Below the pieces are notes generated by a model. That model searched no databases, had not been told where the DNA came from, and saw only the letters and a program-made list of their open reading frames with translations. Of a stretch of 64,000 bases of DNA, positions 12,463 through 23,832 are shown in pieces. A program made the position numbers and the translations under genes. Source of the DNA: Oopsacas minuta (taxonomy: Eukaryota; Animalia; Porifera); assembly GCA_024704765.1 (NCBI GenBank), contig JAKMXF010000343.1:496001-560000 (forward strand), written 5' to 3'. Positions within the stretch are counted from its first letter, which is position 1; every line of letters begins with the position of its first letter.

Positions 12463-13850
12463 TTCACCTAATATACCGTATGGAGTTGAAAATAAGCGCT
12501 TTTCACTTATAATTAATTATTCGACCGATAGCTTAAGCGGTCACCAAATACAATATACAGCATTTCCCTGAATGGACGCCGAAAGTTTATTCAAACTAGA
12601 GAATATAAATATTTGGCGAATAGTTCAATATATGGCTACCAAGCGAATATCAGTATTCGGTTAAGCAACTATTCATGAATACTGATATTCAGTTCGATCG
12701 GTTTCAACCTTGGTGATTTATCATTTACCCTGGGTGTTGACTACCTTCTGGTCATTTGTCAAAATCTGGACATAAACTATAACTTCAGACAAAGGCATAC
12801 GCATACAGTGGACTGTATAAATCGACACTAGTTGGGACATTAAAATAGTCGGATTATGGAGGTGAATTTGTATTGCCAGAAAGTATTTCAGAAAAGGAAC
12901 AGTGTCGGATGACAGAGGTCTTCTGGATTATACAGGTGTCGGTATATATAATCATCACTGGTTATAATATTACGTTACTGCTTCACAACAATTGATTATC
13001 ATGTCAGTCCTCTCGAGTAAGATTAGGGTCTATATGTTTCTAAGTTATAACAGTGAATATTTTGGTGACTACCTTTTGTACGAACGGCTACAAACATAAC
13101 TGCTTGGGAAGTGTTCGATTATAATTTTCCGTGATTATCGTGAGAATCGAGAGGCCTACTTATAGAATGTATAAAATTACAAATACAAAACAAATCGAAT
13201 GTACCTGTTGATTCTTTACTAAATAAGAAAAGAATATGTCAAGAGCAAAGAAGAATAATTACAGGAAATTTGACTGACTTGAATGTATTTCAATGTAACA
13301 GGATGAGTTATTTATAAGTTGACATGAGCATACAAATTATGAATTTTCTAACAATATACAGTATTGTGTAGTCTAGCTCTATAAGTGTGATAGCCTACTG
13401 GAATCGCATGTTATCATACATTACCACGCAGTATTGGATAAATAAAATGGTCTGTCAATATACACGCACTGTTACTAAAGTATGAATGGAATTCAATTTA
13501 CATGGGAAAATAGTTAAGCTGATTTCTTGTGAACTCAGTAAACATGGTTGTTCAGGGGCAGTAGCCATGAAAATACAAGCGGTCCGGTTGAATACAGCAC
13601 AAATAAGACAAAGTGGTCAGGCTAACTTGTACAAATGGACCAGTTGGTGTATTATTGGAAAATTTGCTAGCAAAATCGGTCAGGTTGCAACCTGACCAAC
13701 CAGAACGATGACTATGGCCCTGATATATTATAAAAGAGTGGACTCTTACCAGGCCTATAATTCTAAGTCAATGATATCATTAAATATTCTTCCAGAGGTG
13801 GGTTAAAAGTATACCCAGAACGCCAGAAGGATCTAAATCAGTGTTTCTCA

Positions 13851-14443
13851 GAGAAGGGTGTACTTGAGCGTGATGTTCGTCGATAATCCCATTTACATCT
13901 GGTTTCATATCAGTTAGCAGCAATCTCAAATCTCCACATTGAGAAATATCTAGTCAGTTCCTTTGCTTCGTTAGTAATTGAACGACTGCAATAAAACCTA
14001 TCTCAACGAGGTATGATGTCGGAAACGCCAGAACTAGCAGTTATGCTACTTTTCACAAATTGGGAAATGTATTTCATCCTGCGATTGCAATCCAAAATCG
14101 TTCATACCCATCATTGTAAAATGAGCTTTTTCCTCGCAATCACTTTGCAAGTCCATCAGTTCTTCTTGCAAATAGAGTGGAACTGTTGGGGCATCCACAC
14201 AGAAGGGGTCAATTAGCCAATGAGGCGGTTCAAGTTCCAACAAGTCAGTGAATCGCTTGATCATATCCTTTTTCAGTACTTCAAGATGTTCACAATATGC
14301 TAGCAAATCGTCATCTGAAATTTGGAGTCCTGCTAGGTGAAGAAACTGGTAAAATTCTCGTCGACCGATATTTTCTTTAAATAACGTTAGTTTCCCTATG
14401 AAGGAGTTGACAACACTTTTGCACTTGACCAGAGTGACTAAAT
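13851..14443 (-). pseudogene. Buster-type hAT transposase, C-terminal fragment
   Basis: LVTLVKCKSVVNSFIGKL...WLIDPF...LQEELMDLQSD, then the dimerisation region AFPTSYLVEIGF...DLRLLL...HPS, with stops and frameshifts. Confidence 0.85.
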
Positions 14444-14469
14444 CACAGTGGTTTAGGAGCAAAGAATAG
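14444..14469 (+). repeat. Left terminus: heptamer CACAGTG + 10-nt spacer + AAAGAATAG
   Basis: Read directly: CACAGTG GTTTAGGAGC AAAGAATAG, followed by ACAAAAAAT (14470-78). Confidence 0.9.
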
Positions 14470-15119
14470 ACAAAAAATTGATTCCGTATTTGATGGTTTT
14501 ATTTCATTTTATATTGTTTAAATGATTCTCATTTAAAATACCTAAGCGATTGAGACCCTAGAATCTGTAAAATTTCTTCATCAAAGATGCGAAATATTTA
14601 TAGGAAAATTGCGGCTTCATGATTTCTAAATTTAGCCCTAATTTCAAATGAACCTGTAAGAGCAATTACATAATGGAATGTTACTAATCTGGTATACTTT
14701 ATACATTTCGACTATGCTAAATCTAAATATCTTGTTTCCATGATGACTGTATCTTGTATATATTTCGTGAACATAAGATTTCTAAAATCTAGTAAAATCC
14801 GTACAGAATTTTTACAAAGAGGAATACTTAAAGTGTCAGGAAAAATAAACAACACTAAACAACAGCGCAAAATGAATCGGATACACGCGTTACGATTCCT
14901 AAAAACATAATCTAAAACCACAAAACCCGAAACAGTGCGCAACCTATAATTTTCAATGACATTCCATTACAACTTTTCGTTGCTAGGAAATTCCCATTGT
15001 AGCATACTGCAACAATGGAATGAAATAGTATTGAATTTCGTTCTTGAAATTTATTATAGTGACTTATATATATAATCTACTGAATAATACAACATATTTT
15101 TCGGAATTTCTTGAAAACA

Positions 15120-17364
15120 ATGACAGAGGAGTTAACTTTCCCAAAGTCCCGCCTCGAATTGGCAAGAATCCTGAAAGACAATAATAATTGTGTCTTGAAA
15201 ACGACAAAATATTTCAAAGAACACTTTGAAATAGACTCTGATAATACAAAACTCTTGGAAACGTTGCTGTTAAGAATTCGGGACAGATTCAAGAAGGCGA
15301 AGAGATCTTTAGATTGTTTAGAAGGAGAATGGTGGCATTCTAACATTTCCATGAAACCTGAGTTAAAGAAAAATCGTGTTTCTGATTTACTAGAGTCGTC
15401 TTCTGATGATGGTGAAGTTCCCATTCATTCAGTGAGTCATAGGAAGCATCTTGATGATCTCTCTCTGCAACAACAGCGTACTCGATTGTCAAGTCTGCTA
15501 GAATGCATTAAGTCACTCTCAGTTATTGAGAATACTACAGAAATAAGCATTGCCGCACTCTCATTACAACTATTGGCAAATGAGGAGAATAATCGTCAGG
15601 TTGCTACGGTAGCCAAAGAGATTATTGTCAGTGGAGGATTCTGTAACCTCAGTAACAAGCATGTTCCAATTGATAAAGCCTTATTCCTGCTGGATTTACT
15701 TCAAGTGGGCAGACGAAAATACACTCAACTACGTCAAACACTTCTACCAGACATTATACATTTCCCATCTAAAACAAGCTAGCTAATCTGAGAGATGTCA
15801 TGATTTCGCGATCCAGTATAACTTTATATCCTAATCCAGCTAAACCAATAGGTATGCACGCACCATATTGTCTTCAAGTTCAGAAAACCCTGGAAAGAAT
15901 ATTGTCAATGGTAGATCGCCCCACAAGTGAAGAATTCCCACTCACATTTAAAATCGCAGATGGCTTAGATGGTTCTGGTTGTCGCACTATCTACAACCAG
16001 CAGACAACTAATACTTTCACCAAAAACTTCATTCTGTTTTGTTTCAAGCCCATCTCCATCCACACTGTAACAAACAGGATTGTTTGGCAAAATAGATCCC
16101 TTAATTCACCTTTCTCTCAAAGACCTATTTTTCTCTGCGCTGCGATAGAATGCGAAGAAAAATATTCGTTCCTTCATGGAAACTATGATTAATCTCGATA
16201 CAGCGATGTTGCAAAATGGGATTCCTTTAGAAAATGGTGTTGTCAATGTCGATATTATCCGCTCAATGTTTGATGGGAAGATGGCAGCCATTCTCTCTGG
16301 AGCTGGAGGAGCCAGTTGTCAGATGTGCACTGCCACACATAAAGATTTGAAGGACCGTAATTTAGTTCTTGAAGGGTTCCCCATCAACAGAAATATCACA
16401 GATGCAATCGAGCTATTTTCGCACATTGATGACAGTGAGTCGTTCTTTGCTCTTTCGACTAATGAACGCTTCAATTTAACTCATCAACCAATTTCAGAGA
16501 TTAACATACATCCAGCATCTCCACTTCATTCATACACAGGCGTATTTAAGTAAGTAATCTAGTACTCCATTAATCATTCAGAATTTATCTTCACATAATT
16601 AAACCAATTTTAGGTGATTCAATTTGCTGGTATATCATCTTCGCATCGAAAAGTTTACCTGGTCCCCAACTTCACCAGTTATCAAGGAGTCAATGAAATT
16701 CCTTCAAACATTTATTCAGGAGAAGACAGGATTAAAGGTTGACCAGCCTAATTCTAGCGGTGGAACCACCTCAACAGGGAATGTTGCTAGAAGAGCCTTT
16801 TCTGATGAAACTGAATACCTTGAATGCATTCTATCAACTGTAGTAATACAATATCGCCCAATCTTATCAAAGATACATGCTCAGCTTTCAGCCATTCTTC
16901 GGGTTTTCAATTCAAGTCACAAGGTTAACACTTTGGAATTGGGGAAGTGGTGCAAGGATACCTACCTTGTCATCTTAGATTCTTTCCCCTGGGCTACCAT
17001 GACTCCAACCCTGCACAAGCTCTTGGCCCATTCCGAGGAGTTAACACGTGAGTCGAATTCTAGCTATGGCTTAAAGGCATTTTCAGAAGAAGGCACAGAA
17101 TCATGCAACAAATTAGTTAGAAAATATCGGGAGAATTTAGCTCGTAAAGTTAGTTTTGAGACCAAAATTATGGATATCTTCGTCAGATTAACCTCTCAAA
17201 GTGATCCAAACTTAGTAAACTGTCGAAGAATTTTGACTTGTGAACGATGTGGTTAATCTGGACACACAACGAGATCCAAATGCTCCAATGCTATGAACAA
17301 TCAGAAAACTAGTATACAGACTTTATTCACGACTTTAACCTCCAATACAGATTGCCTATCATGA
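15120..17364 (+). pseudogene. Transib/RAG1-core-like DDE transposase, decayed, one intron
   Basis: Motifs LDGSG (D1), SMFDGKM (D2), CQMC, PLHS, GLKVDQP..GNVARR, TLHKLLAH, FSEEGTESCNKLVRKYRENLARK (E) and SDP. Frameshifts near 15770 and 16160, GT-AG intron 16550-16613, nonsense codons at 16615 and 17254. Confidence 0.92.
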
Positions 17365-17703
17365 ACTTAAGTATGAATATAATGTATATTTTGTAAATCA
17401 ATAAGATAAATTCCTTCATAAGTGTGACGTCATAACTCTATAAATACAAGCCCTACAACAAAATTTTAAGTTCAAGGTGATTGCCAAATACGGATAACCC
17501 ATATGTAATTAATAGATTTCATGGCGACAAAGTCGAGTAAAATGTATTTATTGAAGAAAATTTAAAATTTCACATATATCAATGACGTCATAACTTGGAA
17601 ATTTTAGGCCATATACTTGTTATGACAAGATGTATTGGTTCCTTATATATAATAATCTATATGTAAATAATACATTTCATATGGCTATCTCACACCAAAA
17701 TAG

Positions 17704-17738
17704 CTATTCTTTACTAACTGCCCTATTAAACCACTGTG
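17704..17738 (-). repeat. Right terminus: heptamer CACAGTG + 19-nt spacer + AAAGAATAG
   Basis: Reverse complement reads CACAGTG GTTTAATAGGGCAGTTAGT AAAGAATAG. Confidence 0.9.
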
Positions 17739-18425
17739 TAAATTGCCTTGTAATTGTAAGTTCATTGCGTTGAACTTATCAAAAATGTCAGTCAAGTAAG
17801 CTACATCTGATTTCGCTGCACTGACAAGCTGCATCAACTGCGGGTTCTCTTCCTCTGAAAATTCTAAAATGGTGTCGAAAAGACTGTAGAACCGGCTGAA
17901 ACACTTTCCTTTTGAGAGCCACCTCACTTCTGTGTGCAAAAGCAGGCGTTCAAATTCTGTTTCGTTTTCGTGACATATTTGGCGAAATATTTTTCCTTGA
18001 GTGCGGAAGCTTCGATTTTATTAATAACAGTAATGACGATATGCAATGAGTTGTGCAAGCGACCACTTAGATGTTTTGCTACCAAATGTTTCTCGATGGA
18101 CTACGCAGTGAATAGCGAAAACCTCAGGCACAGCCTTTTTCAAGTACGAAATGAAACCACGATGCCTACCAACCATAGCTGGCGCCCCATCTGTTGCACA
18201 AGCAATGATATTATTCATGGGAATTTCCTTTTCCTAAAAGAAATTTTCCACGACTTTGTAGATAGATTCACCTTTTGTATCAGTTACTAGTGGTCTAGCA
18301 AACAACATTTCTTCAACCATTATTCCTTCGAGAATATATCGGACATATGCAAAAAGCAGTGCTTCGTTACCTGGCAATGTGGATTCGTCAATTTGAAGAG
18401 AAAATTCCGTTGTTTTAAGTATAGT
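17739..18425 (-). pseudogene. Buster-type hAT transposase, catalytic-region fragment
   Basis: FSLQIDEST, ACATDGAPAMVG, IHCVVHRE, HTEVRWLSKG and YLTDIFDKFNAMNLQLQG, with stops and frameshifts. N-terminal BED region not found. Confidence 0.9.
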
Positions 18426-20522
18426 TGTTCATTGGAAAGAGATTTAACAAATCCGTATTTGATATAATCAGCACTATAGTGTCTACACTTCTTTTACTAT
18501 TCATTTCTTCGATCGAGTTATCAATTCCTTTCGGTTTAGATTTCTACGTATGTACTTATATTGAAATTAAACAGATTGCTAACTATTACGAAGTTTACAA
18601 TTGTTTGAAGAAAAGTAATAATTATATTTCGATTCGGAAAGCCATAGACATTGTAACAAAAGAATTCTTCATTCATTTTTAAGGATTAGCTGTTGTTAAT
18701 AATCACCAAGAGTATTACCACTGTAAATGGCTTTGATCATTGAAGTATTTGTTAGCACCTATTGTTAATGAACAATGAGGAATATGATACCACTTTTTTG
18801 ACGTGAGGTCGTATCTCTGTTTCGCTTTCTATAACCCACAGCGCCCCCTTGCTGCGTGGCCGCCCCCCTACAACCCTTCAGCGCCCCCCAGGGGGCTCTA
18901 CGACCCACTTTGAGAAACACTGATCTAGAATATTGAGATAATTAAATCTAAAACAGTTTTTCAAATTATACTAAAATCAATGTAATGGTGTTCAGGAGTA
19001 TATCATAATGTGGAACTATGCGGTAATAGGTGAAAATTTGACTTCGCTATTTACCAAAATTAATGTGCGCATTCGATTTTGCACTATTTCAAACCGAGAA
19101 ATATGCTATTACTAGTTACGTACTGAACTCACAACATGTCTGACCAAAGTCTCAAACTTAGGCTAAAATTTGAAATTTGAAAACCTGAAAACCACAAATA
19201 TTTATTCTTCAAATACCTTTGATATTTCAGCATTCCAGGATTTTAGTAATTCAATGGCATTTATCAGTATTCATATACATCATCTGATTAACTTGAACTC
19301 GTTTGCAAACCAAAATAAATGTTTATTTTTTCATTCTCTAGCATCTTTAGCTGTCTATTTTTATCCATATTCCAGCTCCTTGACCTACCTTTTAGGTCCC
19401 CGATCTTGCAATGCAAATAATTGCAAGTTGAATAGTTGATAATTTCGCATAGTATATCTTGATAAATTTCATTTTCAATAATTTCTAGACCCGCCCAAAG
19501 GCGGCCACTATACTTTTCTTGACATTAAGTGAAGGCACACCCATTCGGACGAAATATATTTTAGAAAATTTTATTTTCGTTATAACATCTTATAATTACT
19601 GTATTTCTAATTCATTAGTATCACTTTATGAAGTATCCAATGCATAAATGAATTCAGTATACGCATTGTTATTCAAGTTTATCAATAAATAGGGGTGGCT
19701 GGTATACAACACTCACAAATTTAGGACTCATTTATTCTCGAACCATATTTACTAATTATATCAAAATACCACAAATTACGTCATAGTCCCATTTCCAGAA
19801 GTGCAGCTAAAAATCTGGTGCCATTTTTGAAATCTACAGTGTCGATTTAGATTTACTATACATGACAACATTTTAACAAATATCTTCAGTGTAAGTATCT
19901 ATCACCTCATAATCGCCATTTTTGCCACACTTTGTATATTATTGATAGGGAGTTCAACTTCTTAAGTTAGAATTGTAAATATATTTCTAATTTAGAAATT
20001 TAGCCTCTAAGAACGATCATTTTTATAAGTGGCCCGAAGGCTATAGCCTACTTGGCCTAATGGTAAATCCGGCACTGATTACATTGTTCTAAGTATATCA
20101 CTATCAATATATACTCAAAGGGGTCGTCAATTTGGAGAATAATGGAGACCCCGAAGCGCAATGCGCCGTGTTCATCGCGAAGCGACGAGCCAAAGGCTCG
20201 TTATCTTTAAATGACGTGAAAATAGCTGAAATGACCTGAAACTGACCTTGATCTGAACTTGTGTGAAATATATTTCACGATGACATGAAGTGACTATTAC
20301 CCTGGTAGAGTGGAAAAAAATGATTTGTCATAGAATAATCTACATAAATTGTGATTATGTAGCACCAAAATTGCATGTGCCATAGTCACAACATGAATAA
20401 AGCTAGCGGTTTCGTCTAGGAGTCTATTGTTATAAAATTAGATACAAGCATGTGTAGCATTTGATTAGTATAAATAACTCTAGTTTCAAGGAAAGAAAAG
20501 TAGGTAAATATATTGAATTCTA

Positions 20523-21212
20523 ATGGCAAATGTTGATTTTCCAAAACTTGATGGATTATTATCAGAAAGCGAACGTTCATCTAAACTTGTTTCTTGGATG
20601 GTGTACCCTGAAGAGACGCAGGAAAAGGTTGATGCCGTGTACGGTGATGAAGCTCAACAGTACGAGGAGTTGAGTAATAAATTAGAATACCAAGGTCCCT
20701 CCACTGGTACTGGGATATTCATAAAATTTCTGAAACAGATGTTTAGCAAGGAATGCAACATTCTCGATTTAGGTGCAGGTACTGGTATGTGTGGAGAACT
20801 ACTGAAGAGTGCTGGATATATCAATATGACTGCAATTGACCTCAGTGAGCAAATGCTTGAGGAAGCGAAGAAGAAAGGAATATACAAAGCTGTTGTTCAA
20901 AAAGACCTCAATGAAGATTCTCTAGATGAATTTGAAGGACAATTTGATGCAGTTATTTGTATAGGAGTATTCTTTACTGGTCAAGTTGGACCAAATGCAA
21001 TCGATAAGATATTGAAAGTGATAAAACCAGGAGGAATATTGAGCTTCAGTATACGTACTGATCTCTACGACAACGAAGGGACTGGATACAAGGATAAATG
21101 CGACTTGTTACAACAACAAGGCAAATGGAAGCAACTTAGTTCAGAGATCAACACCTTGTTTGGAAAAATGGATAAGATGGGCTACTATATGACATTCCAA
21201 CGACGTATATAG
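20523..21212 (+). CDS. METTL27/WBSCR27-like SAM-dependent methyltransferase, copy C, intact
   Basis: 229-aa ORF with motif I ILDLGAGTG, IDLSEQML, FDAVICIGVF and IKPGGIL. Confidence 0.9.
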   Translation: MANVDFPKLDGLLSESERSSKLVSWMVYPEETQEKVDAVYGDEAQQYEELSNKLEYQGPSTGTGIFIKFLKQMFSKECNILDLGAGTGMCGELLKSAGYINMTAIDLSEQMLEEAKKKGIYKAVVQKDLNEDSLDEFEGQFDAVICIGVFFTGQVGPNAIDKILKVIKPGGILSFSIRTDLYDNEGTGYKDKCDLLQQQGKWKQLSSEINTLFGKMDKMGYYMTFQRRI

Positions 21213-21469
21213 AATCCTATTTCATTATTATCTTCCACTATACACACTTAATTTTTGAGTGCTTGAATGTTCTACTGTGTTCTCATATATTATATTATTA
21301 GACTGATAAGTATAGGTATTAGTCATGTCTATGTATTAGTATTTCGAATTAAATAAATTATCCGAAAAAGAAGCACAATGATTTGGACACATACGTCAAA
21401 ATGAGGTTTAGGCGCCTCAAAACTATCAGGGGAGGGATGGTGACGTATTCAGGTTAATTATCTCTAAAG

Positions 21470-21745
21470 GGTGGCCGTGGGAATGAAATTTTGATTCCCC
21501 ATTCTATTCTTACAGGATTCCCTGTGGGAATTTCCATGAGTTTTCCACGTAGGTATTCCAATATGGGAATACGGTGGAATTCCTATTAATTTTCCAACAA
21601 TTCCCCATGTTGGAATTCACATAGGTTTCCCACATGGGAATCGCGGTGGAATTCCTATGTTCCCATAAGATTCCGATAGGAAATCCTATGGGAATTCCTC
21701 GCGGGAAAACCCATGGAAATTCACATTTCCACGGCAACTCAGATT
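21470..21745. repeat. Interspersed repeat rich in GGGAA/TTCCC short inverted motifs
   Basis: Dense GGAATTCC, TTCCCA and TGGGAA words. A shorter similar patch lies at about 30690-30770. Confidence 0.45.
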
Positions 21746-23281
21746 CTATCCCTCTAGGAAAAATCTGAAAATCTGGCATAAATCTGAATATGATCTTTTA
21801 TGGGTATAATCGGGTAGATTCTAGCATCTAGCATAAAGCCAGCATAAATTTGATAAAATTAACATTTTTTTCAATTCTGGAACTCTGATAGGAAAGGTTT
21901 GGATTGCCATATCGTTTCCAACTCAAGTAGTACAAATTACAAATATATAAAATTACTCAGAAATAGTCCAGAACTCAGAATGCAAATCAGCTTAATTAAC
22001 CTTACAATGTTTCCTCTAAGCTAGTTTTATAGACCGACCGACCAGATATTTGTATATGGTGGTGCACTGTGGTGAATTGCATTTGGCAATTAAGTAATTT
22101 TTTATCAGGGAGCTCTACAAATTGATTAATTCTAACATAGATTGATTCAAATCTAAACATTACCGTCTGAAACCATTCAGAGATTAATTATATTGAATAT
22201 CCGGTACCATTTTACTATTTTTACCCTACAATAGTCTGAAAAAGTGCAATTAATGCGCACCACACGAGGTGGTATGTAGGATTTCTCGGTGGTGCACCAC
22301 TTGAGTACACCTCTGAAATTTAATGTACATATACAAGTTATTTTTCATAACTAAAGTAACTTGTATATGTATTAGGAAATGAACGCGACTTCACCTGCAA
22401 GTACCCATTAATTAATAGATTATAAATTTCATATGTCAGCACCAGTATTCTTCTTAAAGGATACTAGTAATTAGGGTATTAGTATAGTGCGAACATTGAT
22501 CGCAAGATCATGATTGTGACCAATTTTTGAGGATCGGAGGAAGATCACGATCATTTTTCCCGGAAAATTTTCGATCATATTTTCGATCGTTATTGGCAGA
22601 CAACGATTTGAAAAATTGCGAATCTAGGCCCAAAAATGTATGTACAAAATCTCCTATTTCAAGATTAACCTAGACGTATAATACGTTCAAATAGATCACG
22701 CATAACGTATTACACGTTATACGCGTATTATAAAACTTAGGAATCAAGTATATACACTATTTGTGTGTTGCCTTGAAATCTAGGAAAGTAAATTCATAAT
22801 TCTCAACTACAGTATCCCATCGAGAATTAATCTCGTTCGTTGCAATTTTCAGGAACTTAACCTCCAAAAAGCGTGGAAGCCAGTATAAATTTAGGTTTTT
22901 GTTCTTTTGCTGTCATAACTTTTGTATTGATTTTCGATAATATTCAAATAACATGTTCGAAAATGTTATATTCATAATATCATTGGGACCCTAATAGCTT
23001 TCCAAATTCCAAATGGAACCAAATTTTATTGTAGAAGGATTGGGAACCACTGTAACCTACACTGTTTTCATTGTCACAGTAATTAGCATTTCACATTGTA
23101 GATTGATTTGTATTTCCTCCACTGCTGGTTTATAAGATGCAGCTAAAAATAGCTATTAACTAGAAATTATATGAAGAAGGAGCGGCGCTAAGCACACAGA
23201 AAGGAGGCACTCCCAGTCAGATGGAACCGGTTGAAATTTTGACCACCCAGTCGAAACTTGACTGGCAATTTGAGATCCCCA

Positions 23282-23832
23282 TATGATCTATTCTATATCA
23301 TATATGATCTATTCTATATCATATATGATCTATTCTATATCATATATAATCTATTCTATATCATATATAATCTATTCTATATCATATATGATCTATTCTA
23401 TATCATATATAATCTATTCTATATCATATATAATCTATTCTATATCATATATAATCTATTCTATATCATATATGATCTATTCTATATCATATATGATCTA
23501 TTCTATATCATATATGATCTATTCTATATCATATATGATCTATTCTATATCATATATGATCTATTCTATATCATATATGATCTATTCTATATCATATATA
23601 ATCTATTCTATATCATATATGATCTATTCTATATCATATATGATCTATTCTATATCATATATGATCTATTCTATATCATATATAATCTATTCTATATCAT
23701 ATATAATCTATTCTATATCATATATAATCTATTCTATATCATATATAATCTATTCTATATCATATATGATCTATTCTATATCATATATGATCTATTCTAT
23801 ATCATATATGATCTATTCTATATCATATATGA
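23282..23832. repeat. 21-bp minisatellite, 26 full units, TAT(G/A)ATCTATTCTATATCATA
   Basis: Counted from sequence and ORF track: 16 G-type and 10 A-type units, no other variation seen. Confidence 0.98.

Larger units (their letters stand above)
14444..17738 (+). mobile_element. Transib/RAG1-like DNA transposon, 3,295 bp, with RSS-like termini
   Basis: Ends CACAGTGGTTTA... and ...TAAACCACTGTG. Exact 5-bp TSD TAAAT (14439-43, 17739-43). Removing the element plus one TSD restores the Buster frame QGNLVTLVK. Confidence 0.95.
13839..18922 (-). mobile_element. hAT transposon, Buster/Charlie type, internally deleted and interrupted by a Transib element
   Basis: 12-bp TIR CAGTGTTTCTCA at 13839-13850 and 18911-18922. 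8-bp flanks ATCTAAAT and ATCTAGAA (6/8 match, central TA as in Buster TSDs). GC-rich subterminal region at 18840-18910. Confidence 0.85.

Noticed and set aside
23282-23832. CRISPR-like array
   Set aside because: The units are head-to-tail with no unique spacers, no cas genes are present, and the context is eukaryotic.
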